In this document: positions 1 through 11,900 of the stretch, one piece after another
How the letters are laid out: each line of letters starts with the position of its first letter
Numbering within the stretch: the first letter of the stretch is position 1
The notes under the pieces: generated by a model
Told to the model about the DNA's origin: nothing
Databases searched by the model: none
The model's input: only the letters and a program-made list of their open reading frames with translations
Source of the DNA: Azolla caroliniana
Taxonomy: Eukaryota; Plantae; Polypodiophyta
Reading direction: 5' to 3'
Length of the DNA stretch: 32,027 nucleotides
NCBI GenBank assembly: GCA_043228905.1
Contig: JBHGNT010000357.1
Span: forward strand, 1 to 32,027
Program-made: the position numbers and the translations under genes

Positions 1-20
1 GTAGCATCGGGAACGGTGTC

Positions 21-2372
21 ATGAAGTTCAGCAAAGCGAGCCTGATTGTGGCTCGGGCCCGGAAGGTAAACACAATGTACCTGATGAATGCCCGGTTATG
101 TCCGGAAGAAGTGAACGTGGCTTCCGACACTGCCGGTGAGCTGTGGCACAAGAGGCTGTGTCATATGAGCGAGAAGGGGATGAAGAGGCTTGCAGACGAC
201 AACCTCATTCCAGTGAAGAACGTGCACTTAGAGAAGTGCACTAATTGTCTGGCCGGTAAGCATAACCGGACCTCCTTCCGACCAAGGCCACCGATGAGAC
301 GTAATGCACCACTGGAGTTGGTGCATACGGATGTGTGTCAAGTATACACGAAGTCACATGCCGGAGCGCAGTACTTCATGACGTTCATAGATGACCACAG
401 CCGGAAGCTGTGGGCCACACCGTTGAAGACGAAGGATCAGGTGTTATCCGTCTTCAAAGAGCTCCACGCGACAGTGGAAAGAGAAACCGACCGGAAGCTG
501 AAGGCGGTCCGAGCAGATAACGGAGGAGAGTACCGGGGGCAGTTCGAGGAGTACAGTCGCTCGAAGGGAATCCGGCTCAAATTTACCGTGCCGAAGACGT
601 CGGAACTAAACGGACTGGCCGAGAGGATGAACCGGACCATAATGGAGAGGGTCCGGAGTATGCTAGCGCATGCAAAACTACCCAAGAAGTTTTGGGCTGA
701 GGCGTTGTCGACGGCGACATACGTGATAAACAGATCACCCTAAGTACCCTTGGACGGAGACACGCCACAAAGAGTATGGACCGGTAAGGAAGTGTCCTAC
801 TGGAATTTGAAGGTGTTCGGGTGTCTCGCGTACGTGTATGTAGCTAAGGACCGGAGAGGAAAGTTAGACCCCATGCATATTCCTCGGTTACGGTGATGAT
901 GAGTTCGGCTACCGAGTGTGGGACCTGGTCGACAAGAAGGTATTCCGGAGTCGAGATATTATCTTCATGGAGGACAAGACGCTCGCCGACTGGGAGTCGG
1001 AGAAGAAGATAATGAAGTCCGAGTCGACCGAAAAGGATAGACTCTACGATGAGCAGACCCAACCGACAAGAGACTGGCTAGTACTCGAGGAACCAGCCGG
1101 TTACGGTGAGGATACCGAACCGGTAGAAGAAGAAGTAGAGGAAGCTGAAACCGGAACCGGCCTACATCCCGAATCGGATTCGGATGAAGAGCAGATGGGC
1201 GCCCCGGAGATTTTTGGGTGCAGAGCATGTTCTGCTGACCGATGAGGGGGAGCTGGAAAGCTTCAAAGAAGCGAAGGAAGACACCCACAACCGAAAAAGG
1301 TTAAGTGCCATGCAGGATGAGATGGATTCCCTGCATGAGAACCATACGTACGAATTGGTGGAGTTGCCGGAAGGAAAGCGGGCACTCCGAAACAAGTGGG
1401 TGTACAAGTTGAAACCGGGAGATGCCGGCAACCCCCCGAGATACAAAGCCAGGATCGTGATGAAGGGGTTCCACCAGAAGAAGGGCGTGGACTTCGACGA
1501 GATATTTGCCCCGGTAGTAAAGATGACCTCCATCCGGACAGTGCTGAGTATAGCAGCAAGCATGGACCTCGAGGTAGAGCAGCTCGACGTGAAGACGACA
1601 TTCCTTCACGGCGACCTCGAAGAGGAGATCTACATGCAGCAACCGGAAGGATTCGTGGAGAAATGGAAGGAGCACCTGGTATGCCGGTTGAAGAAGAGCC
1701 TGTATGGACTGAAGCAGGCACCCCGACAGTGGTACCGGAAGTTTGACTCCTTCATGACCCATCAAGGGTACCACAAGACGCAGGCCGATCACTGCGTGTT
1801 TGTGAAGAAGTTTGAAGGAGGAGACTTCCTGATACTCCTTCTGTACGTGGATGACATGTTGATCGTCGGACGGGACCAAGTCAAAATACGGATGCTGAAG
1901 AAGGCTCTCAACCGGACCTTCTCAATGAAAGACTTGGGTCCAGCAAGACAGATGTTGGGGATGTACATCATCTGGAACCGGTCAGCGAAGCAATTATGGC
2001 TGTCAAAAGCGATTCACTGGTTCAACATGTCAAAAGCGATGCCGGTCGGATCAACACTTCCGGCAAACTGCAAGCTATCCGGCAAGCAAAGCCCGAAGAA
2101 GAAAGCAGAGAAGGCGGAAATGATGAAGATCCCATATGCCTCTGCCGTGGGGAGCTTGATGTACGCAATGGTGTGTACCCGATCGGATATAGGATACGCA
2201 GTCGGAGTGGTGAGCCGGTTCCTGAGCAATCTCCGCAAGGAGCACTGGAACGCGGTCAAATGGATACTCCGGTATTTGAAGGGCACTTCAAATATGTGTC
2301 TCTGATTCGGCTCCGGAAAACCTCAACTTGATGGTTTTACCGATTCGGACATGTCGGCTGATGTGGATACCA
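21..2372 (+). pseudogene. Copia pol: integrase and reverse transcriptase, broken by stops and frameshifts
   Basis: Integrase motifs HTDVC / FIDD / RADNGGEY / NGLAERMNRT (21-743). RT motifs [43 protein letters not shown] (1184-2305). RNase H start GFTDSDM just before 2372. Confidence 0.92.
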
Positions 2373-2373
2373 G

Positions 2374-2488
2374 CCGGATGAGGAGGACCCGGCTACGGAG
2401 AGCCGGATGATGCAGACCCGGTATGAACCGGATGAGGAGGATCCGGCTACGGAGAGCCGGATGATGCAGACCCGGTGAAGACCGGATG
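2374..2488 (+). repeat. Two ~54-bp tandem units (CCGGATGAGGAGGACCCGGCTACGGAGAGCCGGATGATGCAGACCCGGT..), related to the 50-bp array at 4662-4890
   Basis: Direct repeat read in sequence; shares GAGCCGGATG..GACCCGGT cores with the 4662-4890 array. Confidence 0.75.
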
Positions 2489-2786
2489 GAAAGAAGACCT
2501 GAAGATCTAGAAAAAGCGCGAAAGATGATGGAGGCAGCCCGAGTGAAGAACAAAATTGGGTTCGACAAGACGCATCGACTGCGTCCCAAGCAGATCGAAG
2601 AAGGAGATTGGGTATTGGTCTACGATAACAACCTTGACAATCAACACAGTACAACAAGAAAGTTGACAAGAAGATGGTTCGGACCGTATGTGGTGACAAG
2701 TGCCAATGATAATGCCACATACCACCTTGCGGAGCTAGACGGATCAAGGTTGGTCGTACCCATTGCGGGGAAAAGAGTAAAGATTT
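2486..2786 (+). pseudogene. Fragment of Ty3/gypsy integrase C-terminus (GPY/F region)
   Basis: GDWVLVY...KLTRRWFGPYVV...NATYHLAELDG..L..PIAGKRVK is the typical gypsy GPY/F region. Confidence 0.75.
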
Positions 2787-3387
2787 GGGGAAAACCACAG
2801 GAATAGAGATCCACTATAGAATGGAGAATACAAAGGAGAATATATACAACACTCCTCTTGCACAGAGGGTATCGGCCACACAGGGCTCTTGGCGTCTAAG
2901 CTCACACAGTTATGGCGCCGCTCTCTCTCACGCTCTCTCTCTTCTCTCGGTAACTCTCTCGCTACAGGAACTCTACACATTTGTTCTACACTAGTTCATC
3001 TGTACCATGTTTGCCCTAACTGTATTTATACTTATACACCTTATGGGATATTTACAAATGTAGTCCCTACTACTTTCATTGCTATTATTAAACTAATAGT
3101 AGTAACAATTAATCAAATGACTAGTCGCCTTGTCAATTCGACTATTCGACTTCTATGTCGACTATCCAGTCGGCCCGACTAATTGGTTGTGTCTTTGACC
3201 TGGATCACTTGGTATACCGTCGACTCCCCCCTTGTCTTCAATTGTCGGCGCTCGATCCGATCATTTGGCTCATCCTTATCTTCGATTGTCGGCTCTCGGC
3301 CCAACCAGTCGGCTACTCCTTATCTTCGACTATTTGCTCTCAGTTCAACGAGTCGGCTACTCCCATAGGAGTGACATATTCCTAACA
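2787..3387 (-). mobile_element. Truncated LTR in reverse orientation, related to the flanking copia LTR family
   Basis: Minus strand begins TGTTAGGAATATG at 3387 (compare TGTTAGGAAAC at 4599). It carries ATTTGTAAATA and TATAAATA promoter-like motifs, a GA tract and GTGGTTTTCCC, as in the LTRs at 4599-5785. Confidence 0.65.
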
Positions 3388-4393
3388 CAAAGTGTCATCA
3401 ACCTTGCGAAGAATGTCGTCTACCACTCGAGGACCAAGCACATCCAAAGGAGATACCATTGGCTCCGGGAGCAAGTAGAAGAAAGGGACTTTACATTGGT
3501 GAAGGTCCATACGAATGACATAGGATTGGATATGTTGATGAAGGTGCTACTAGTAGAAAGGTTGAACGTTGTCGCGTTGTTACGCGCGTGCGTGTAGAAG
3601 GGCGGGACCACAGGGGTCTCGGACGAGGAAAGAAGGGAAGCCGAGAAGATGATTCCGGACGCGTTCCGGAAGCAACCAAATGAGAGAGGGAGAGAAAGAG
3701 AGGGAGAAAAAGAGGGAGCGCGCCCTTGACGCCGACTCACACACACACACACACCGCCGACCCAACTCACGCCGTTATGTATGAGCAACGCAGCGAAGGG
3801 AACACCAAAACACCCACACACACAGAGACACGAGTATGCACAGACGGATACTTGTATGTATATTACAAAGGGGGGAGAATACATTCCCAGCTTCGAGCCG
3901 GGCCACGGTAGGGTAGGTTACAACAGCAGTCTGCTGCCAAGCCGCCGTCCGGGGAGCTCTCGGGCTCGTCACGCAGAGCGGGGTCTTGCACAGGAGACCG
4001 AGCAGAAACAACCCTCAACAGTCGACCTCCCCGCGAAGAAGAAGAAGAAGAAGAAAAGGAAAACTAACTCTAAACCTAACGGTATACCCTCTAACACAAA
4101 AATGGGCAACCCTTTCACAAAGGGCGCTCCCTTCCTTTTATAGAAAAAGGAGAGGGATGCGTTACAATGTGGGATAAATCCCGACTTACATGGGATCGTC
4201 TGTCCCAACTTGACTACTCTTCGACGCCATAAAGGCGCCCTCATTATTCACACTAAATGTACAAGGGTGAGCACACATGCTGCACCCCGCCGATGTAGCC
4301 AATGTTTCCCGGTTTCCGCCTCTGGCCGAAATTCTTCACGACAACGTGTGCCGACAAAGAGTCGAATTGGTGAAATACTCCATGCCGGAGTGA
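3388..4393 (+). pseudogene. Copia RNase H C-terminal half, split by the solo LTR at 3570-4343
   Basis: QSVINLAKNVVYHSRTKHIQRRYHWLRE...VERLNV. Removing 3570-4347 rejoins the frame as RLNVCRQRVELVKYSMPE*. Confidence 0.85.
3570..4343. mobile_element. Solo LTR (774 bp) with 4-bp TSD ACGT
   Basis: Termini TGTCG...CGACA. ACGT at 3566-3569 and 4344-4347. Excision restores the RNase H frame. Confidence 0.8.
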
Positions 4394-4598
4394 AGAGGGA
4401 GTTAGGAAACAAGTCCCTCCGGATGGGAAGAGGAGCATGAGTCGAAGAAAAGGGAGAACCTAATCGGTTGACAGCAACTCAGATGAGGCCGAAAAATCAA
4501 ACTGATTGTTTGATTCGGTCCTGGCCGAAAATCGAATCCGAATCGATTCGGCTAATAGTTGAATCGGTCGAAGCCGACTCAGGGTTATATCTATAAAT

Positions 4599-5049
4599 TG
4601 TTAGGAAACAAGTCCCTCCGGATGGGAAGTGAGAAGAACAGTACTGATGTACCCGGCAACGGAAGACCCGGTGAGAACCGGATGACGAGTACCCGGCAAG
4701 AGCCGGATGGTGAAGACCCGGTGAGAACCGGAGGACGAGTACCCGGCTAGAGCCGGATGGTGAAGACCCGGTGAGAACCGAATGAGAAGTACCCGTCAAG
4801 AGCTGGATGGTGAAGACCCGGTGAGAACCGGATGACAAGTGCTCGACAAGAGCCGGATGATGCAGGCCCGGTGAGAAGTGCTCACCGGATGAAGGGACAT
4901 ATTCGTAAATATGTTTTTGAGAGTCCATCGGGGCTATATTTGTAAATAGCCGAAAAGTCATATTAGTATAAATATGACTTAGGGCAAACTTAGTAGGTGT
5001 CTTTTTTGTCATTCTTGTTGGTGCAAGAGTAGAAAGCGTGTAACAATGT

Positions 5050-5080
<31 letters not shown>

Positions 5081-5355
5081 GAGGTCGTTGCCTCTGTTGT
5101 AACTGCCGCCTGTGGCGAAGATCGTGAGCACGAGGTTGTTGCCTCCGTGAACTCACTGTTGTAATCATTGTGATATAGTGATAGTTTGGAGTCGATGGAC
5201 TCTCGTGGTTTTTCCCTCTCAGGCTTTTCCACGTTAAACATCCTGTGCACTCTTCTCTCACCTTTGTGTCGTGCGTTCATTACCCGTTTTCTGTGTTTGA
5301 TTTTAGACTCGGTTGTGGCCGAGCGTTGTTCATTGGGAGCATGTAGTTCCTGTCA
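4599..5355 (+). mobile_element. Solo LTR (757 bp) of a related family nested in the copia 3' LTR, 5-bp TSD TAAAT
   Basis: Starts TGTTAGGAA, ends TTCCTGTCA (imperfect inverted termini). TAAAT at 4594-4598 and 5356-5360. First ~29 bp match the host LTR start at 4401. Confidence 0.7.
4662..4890 (+). repeat. 50-bp tandem repeat x~4.5 inside the nested LTR
   Basis: GAAGACCCGGTGAGAACCG.. recurs at 4662, 4712, 4762 and 4812, with a degenerate copy at 4862. Confidence 0.9.
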
Positions 5356-6459
5356 TAAATAGAGTTAATGTGCCGTTGTGGTCTATATTTGTAAATAGCC
5401 CTGAATGTTGTATTAGTATAAATACACCTAGGGAAATCATTATTTTGGATGATCATTGCTGTATAGTTGTTGAACACAATTACAGTTGGTTGTTGCCACT
5501 GAAACCAAGTGAGAGGGAGAGGGTGAGAGTTGTAACTCTGCCGCCATCTATTAGACGAAGACGACCTCGAGGTCGATGCCTGCGAATCTCCTCGTATTCC
5601 TCTCATTATAGTGATTTGTTTCTTGGGGTTTGTGGATTCCCGTGGTTTTTCCCTTTTCGGGTTTTCCACGTTAAAACCTTGTGTCTCTGTACTTGAGTTT
5701 TTTGTTGTCTGTTTTCTTGTCATCTTGATCTTTGCACCCGCATAGACATATGTGTGAACCGGTTCTGGACGATCGATTCTCTACAAAAAATATATAGTGA
5801 TAGTCAAATATCTTATTACAGGAGAACTGGAAAGTTCAAAACTCCCTTAGATTTATGTATCGTTATATTATAGAATAGTATTTCAACATAGACAAAGCCT
5901 TACTTTGGAGGTAGTTTCACATTGTCTATAATTTCAACAAGGGCTTAGCGTCTATTCCAGTTGGAGCTTGGGATTTGCGAATTCTCCAACTTCATTCACC
6001 AGTCTTTCCTCCATCAACAAATCAACAATACCTTTGCCACTTTGTTATCATACTCTCAACACTACCATGTTTAACATGGTCGGAGAGATTTGCTCAATCA
6101 ATTTCCTGTCTTCATTCAGGTATTGTTGCCTTTTGTTGGCACAAATGCAAATCTAATTCACCTCATCCCTTAATTCAATAAGCTTGGTCGTGATCACTAC
6201 ATCCTCGGAATGTATCCCCAAATCTATCAAATACATTGTATGGATGACTCGACCCATAGCAACACAACCACCCTGTTGACTAGAAGAAGGTATTTAGAAG
6301 TGATAAGTTGTTGTGGGCAGATTGGACTCAATCCATGAGTATGTGATGCATCGTCATCGACTGTGAATGCTTTGAGGGTAGCACACCCAAATCCTACCCA
6401 TGTTTGTATGTTGTCTCACCTTCGTGGAGCTCAACATAAGTATATAATCTTGTGGAGGA

Positions 6460-6480
6460 GGGGGGGGGGGGGGGGGGGGG
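6460..6480 (+). repeat. Poly-G tract (21 nt)
   Basis: Homopolymer read directly. Confidence 0.9.
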
Positions 6481-9059
6481 ACATGTATGTATGTATGTAT
6501 GGACATAAATTATGTAAATTGAACACACACACACAAACCGTGGTGTCTAACTACCACCAAATATTTATGAGGGCAAGTGAGGGAATCGTGGAGAGGGACG
6601 GTGCAGGTCGCTAGATGAGGGTGCGTGCGATCTGCACCGTCCAATCTGGATGAAGAAAAGGCGCGAAAAAGCGCGCCATCAAAAATCCAATTTTAGGGGA
6701 GCCCATCTCATTAAAGAAGGAGCCCGACTCTGTGAAAGGGAACCTGACTATATGAATGGGATTGACTATAAAAACCCATACCTATCATTTTTGCCTGTTT
6801 ACAAACCAGTAGACAGAGGTTTAGGCTTTAGGGTTTAGGAGCGAGGCGCACCACCTGCTATCCTACTGTCCACGAGCACCTGCTTACCTGCTGTCCAGAG
6901 GTATGTATCATATTTCTTGTCTATTTATGAATTGCTTAATATTTGTGTGTTCAATTTGTGAAAGCTCAAAATTTTGACGCATAAAATTGGATAGGCCCTA
7001 ACTGTATAGGCCCAAAAATTGGAGTTTCCTCTCCAATATCTCTCTCAATTTTGAAAAATGATGAGAGAACCTGAGTGTTAGTTTGTTAAATATCCTACAA
7101 GTTTTGGGGTCTATTATGATGGAAATAATGATTTGCATTGTTTTTGGCTTGATGCACACTTTTTGTGCTCTTTTTTATGAAGGGTATGCACTATTTCTTC
7201 CATTTTGAAGCCATGTGTTCAATATTCATGGGCATAATTAAATATGGGTTAAGGAAACAATCTGAAACACTAGCTTTTTCTTTTTGTTGTTAAAATGTGT
7301 AAAAAATTATATATCATTACAACGAGATCATGAACTAGCTTTACAAATGATAATAAACATATTTTAGTTGGAATTTTACCTAGCCAAAGAAATTGAATCA
7401 GGCATAAATATCATCACACCCTTCTTGTAGTCTCATACAGTTATGGCTAGGCAAGTCAAGATATAGAAAAGGTAGGGAAAAGTATATCTTGATTCATTCT
7501 CTGTTTTTGTTAACAAGTTTCTGAATTTCGATAACTAGCCTTGAACCCAACTAACAAAGACAAAGTAACCATGCAAGTGGATACAATCGATCTTTTTTGC
7601 CTTTCAATGTAATTTAAAATATATGCAGATTATGTGTATATATACATATATTGTTTTATGATCACCATGCATATGGATACTTCCCCTCCATTTTCTCTTT
7701 AATTGTAACTAAAGATATGTTATCCTGTGTAGATATACATTTGCTACTTTATGATGACCACTACGTGGATGCTTTCCATCCTTTTTGCATTTTCATGTGA
7801 CTAACAACATGTGCAAGTTGTACATATGTATTGATTTAAGATTGTCGAAAAAGGAGATGAGGTTCACCTAGAAACACTCATGAAATTGTTTGTGTCTGTT
7901 CTTTGTTCTTTCATGAAAACATAGATATGGAAAGTGTGTATTGTAATTGCAGACAATCTCATAGAAGTGAAATGCTTATGCCCATCATTTAGATGCACAT
8001 ATACATATACAAACACGGATATTGATAAGGATACAGATACAGACACATGTAGATGCAACATCTTGGTAACAACATATCAGACAGTCGTAGTTTCTGATCA
8101 GTAATCCAAAAACCAAAAACCCTAATGGTTGCGAATTTCTGAATTTCATTGCAATTGAAGACTTCCAAAAGTTATTCCCTTCGTAAATTCATCTTTCTGA
8201 AAGGTACAAGTTGTTTCCACATTAGAAAATATAGAGGAAGTTGAGCTATGGCAAGAAGAAAACTGAGCAACAACTCTGTGAGTAGTGGAATAGAAAACTA
8301 GAGCCGATGATGATGCATTCGAAGAAGAAGAAAATACTGAAGATTGTGAAGTTCTTGGCTGGCTATTTGGTTCCTCCTGATCAAATTCACCTTATTCACC
8401 CCCTATAAACAGATTACCAAGACAAGTCACAAAACATTGACCGTAAGGAATATGTATAGATCAAAATTCACTAAATCATTTACCTTTTTGGCTATAACTT
8501 AACTTACTAGATGCATCTGCAAGCATGACCCCATTCTGTCCTGTTTGAATAGCTTCTAAATTTAGTCGGGCATTAACTGGTACTGAACCGGTTTCATTGC
8601 AATTGCATCTTTGACCTTTTATCTTCCTTTCAGTACAATTTGATTTATCATGAAAAGATGTAATTGTCTTCAAGTTTAAAACCATGAACCCATTCTCAAG
8701 CACATCCACATCATGCAACCCATTCTTAGGTTTAATCAAGGTCAATTCTTCTCTTTTGAAGATGGCATGTGTTTTGTACAGATGGCTAGTCGGTCCAAGA
8801 CCTTCATAGACTTTGATGCGGATTGAGGTGAAACAATACCCTATGAAGGGAGGTATGTCCTGAATCATTTCCCAAGTATATATTGTGTATAAATAGTGAT
8901 GTTTGTATGCTAGCTTGAATGATGGTTTAGGGTTTTTGTAAGAAAGGGTGCTAGGTGCCCCAAATCCAACAATATGGATGGTGAAAACATCATTACTAAA
9001 GACTCGAACATGGATACGAACCCCATACATGACGTGGGGCCAGGTGTTGAGGATATCAG

Positions 9060-9338
9060 TGTTATGGGCATGACCATATAATATCCCGTGGTGAGAATTT
9101 ACCATAGTATTCTATACACATGGATAAGTGTGAGGGTTAAACGAGAGTGTAAAGAAGGGGAGGATTACTTTGTCTCCAGCCATGTTCACACTTGGCCTAA
9201 TGGGTTGTCTCAATCCCGAGGATTTAAAAGTAATCCTCCCCTTCTTTACACTCTCGTTTAACCCTCACACTTATCCACGTGTATAGAATACTATGGTAAA
9301 TTCTCATCATGGGATATTATATGGTCATGCCCGTAACA
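9060..9338. mobile_element. 279-bp foldback/MITE-like insertion: 112-bp inverted arms, 55-bp spacer, TG...CA ends
   Basis: Arms 9060-9171 and 9227-9338 differ by 4 transitions. Flanks ATCAG / ATCAA form a 5-bp TSD with one mismatch. Confidence 0.8.
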
Positions 9339-10912
9339 ATCAATGTAAATGGTGAGTTGATGTACATTCTTATAATCATTATTGAAGAAAGTATATATTG
9401 GGTTTTTCTAATGCAAATGTCACACCATTGTTGTAGTGGACTCCATGTCCCCTTCAAGACGGAAAGAGACTCGACAAGTATCAAATGTCGCACATGTATC
9501 ATTGGAGATTCATGTAGAAAAGAGGTACAATGGTTTCGCAAAAAAGCTGACATGGAGGCTCACTTACAAAAGGAACATGGCATCTGTGTAGTACTGCCTC
9601 GGGGACTAAAGATAGAAGAAGAAGAGCAATCAACCTCCATGAGGAGTACATCCACCTCATTCTTCAGCCACTACGAAAGACAACGATCAATAAAGTGTTT
9701 TTTGGATCCGGAGCTAAAGTACAACAGGTCACGCCAATCACACATGAGGAAGTTGAGGACAAGAGCGATTAAGATCTTCAAAGCCACTCCGGACGCACTT
9801 CGAACATCGAAGGAGGCCGATTTCATTGCCCAATTCGTCAGCCAACAGATGGCCAGGTATGACGAGGGAAAGGAGCATAGGATGGCAAAATTGAAGTTGA
9901 AGATTGCGGGTGTGTCTGAAGCTTATGTAAGTATGGTTTATGATTATGTGTGCATCTTATGTGAGTCTAAATCTAGTGTGTGAATGATTATGTGTGAATC
10001 TTATGTATGAATTTTAGTGTAAGAATCATGGAATTCCCATGCCAGAAGATGAGACACCTGTCGAGATCGATGGTGGTCAAGACCAACTGTCTGAATCGAC
10101 AACCCAACAACCAAGGAGGCCTAAAATCCAAATCCACAAGAAAAAAGTGGACCCTGAGACAGATGAGGGTGCGGACATTGGGATTTCTTTGTTGGTCCTG
10201 GGACAATCACGAAAACATGGGATAACACAACAAGAAATAAGTTCACTAGGTATGCCGTTATGGTGGGGGCATGAGATCAATAGTTAACTTTATGTTTTTT
10301 TTGTAGTTCCTAATCTGGCCTAATAAACAAGTTTCAGGTGGCTTGTCAACGATTAGATCTCGCGGTCTTTTTGACGGAGGTAGAATTATGTTCGTTGTGC
10401 ATTGTAGGGGAGATGGCATCCACATGGATGATGCCGCTCTTCCACTTATGGATGGAGTACTCGTTGCCCCTCGATATCAACAAGCGGTTTCATATTGTGG
10501 ATCCACTATGGGTACAACTAGAAGGCCAAAGTGATAAGGGTGAAGACATACTCATTCGGGTCCTTGAACGAGAATATGTCTTCATTCCGATATTGCAGTC
10601 AGGGCATTGGGTGCTTTGGTTGAAGATACGACAGACTCATATAGGTCTTGATGCCAAGGTGAGGGGCCCAATTGTTTTTTGCGATCCACTAAATAATCAT
10701 CGGACTGTTGGCATGAAGACATTGGGTGATTTGGTTGTATGACATATCTCTAGCGCCACACACAACCATTGCATCATCAACAACGAGCGGTTCTAGGTAT
10801 TGCATATCCCAACCCAACCTAATGGGACGGATTGTGGGTATTACGTGATGCAAACCATTCGAATGTTGGTCGAGGAGTTCATTCAAGGATTTGAGTTCGA
10901 TCAATTTGTAAG

Positions 10913-11638
10913 TGATAGGGTGTATAAGATAATAGATAGTTATACACTATATGAGGGCTTGACCAAACCGATTAGATGGAGTTGAAAATCATAATATATT
11001 ATATAGCTCTAGGTAATTATGATTAGAGAGTATAACTCAAGAAACTAAGAAAAAAGATAGAGAAAGCGAGCAAGAAATAAGAATATTCTGATATTCCAAC
11101 ATCAAGAGAATACGAAGGAGACAAACTCCACATTGAACTAAAACCAAAGACCTTCCTCTTCTAAGACACTTCCTCTTCCACAAAGACACTTCTTCCTAAC
11201 AATCCTCATCCACTCTTTGGCCATCACTCTTTCGCCCTTCTCACTAATATTACTTCTTCTTTTATAACCTTCCTCTTCTTATCCACGTTCATGCTATTTT
11301 TAGAAGCTTTTTATCTCCCTATTTTTAGCTATGACACATCAACCTTCTAATCGTCATATCTCCCTCATCCGATATCCAAATTAAGCGATTTAAAAAGCTA
11401 TAGAAAGCTCTTTTTACAACGTGATATTTGGATAAACAACGAGGGAGTTATGACCATTCTATTTTTACTGTTTTTTATAGTCTGCGTTTTCTCTTTTTAC
11501 TTTTCTCTTGGTCTCGTACTTTTACTTTTGACTTCTTCCCTAAGGTCTTAGTTCGTGTTCTTATCCTCAAAAGGTGAATTATCTATACTTTATATTCTCC
11601 TAATGTTCAATGGCTTAGATTCTAAAAACACTTTCACA
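10913..11638 (-). repeat. 3' LTR of the gypsy element
   Basis: Direct repeat of 14089-14814, no differences noticed by eye. Adjacent + strand TAGCCCTCCCCC is the minus-strand polypurine tract. Confidence 0.95.
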
Positions 11639-11900
11639 TTTAGCCCTCCCCCTTGTTAGAGGCTAAGCCATTTATGGCGAAGCACTTATTGGCAGTACTT
11701 AACAAACAAAAGCTCTCTCGCCAATCTCTTGGCTATAGACAATGAGAGAGATATAATAAAAAGAAAATAAAAAGATGTGAGTAAAACCCCCGCTAGTCGG
11801 TAGGAAAAACCTCACACTCCTAGACACACCCACACACACATTGACAATTCCATCATCATCTTTCTCCTTGTCAACACAAAGAAAGAGGTTACCACAATCA

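Larger units (their letters stand above)
1..5785 (+). mobile_element. Decayed Ty1/copia LTR retrotransposon (5' part outside window), interrupted by nested inserts; 3' LTR ~4401-5785
   Basis: Domain order GAG-pre-integrase (LWHKRLCHMS), integrase, RT, RNase H is the copia order. Purine tract GAAGAGGGAG at 4392-4401 follows the RNase H stop, then an LTR-like region ending ...CTCTACA at 5785. Confidence 0.9.

Noticed and set aside
4497-5723. ORFs over the LTR region (254, 147, 127 aa)
   Set aside because: They are translations of tandem repeats and GA microsatellite inside LTRs.
5786-6450. Possible gene or TE coding remnant
   Set aside because: Only short ORFs with no motif I can recognise; left unannotated.
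8476-9105. 209-aa minus-strand ORF as a real gene
   Set aside because: No recognisable motif, its start lies inside the foldback insertion, and the + strand shows splice signals that fit the Ulp1-like gene's upstream exons.
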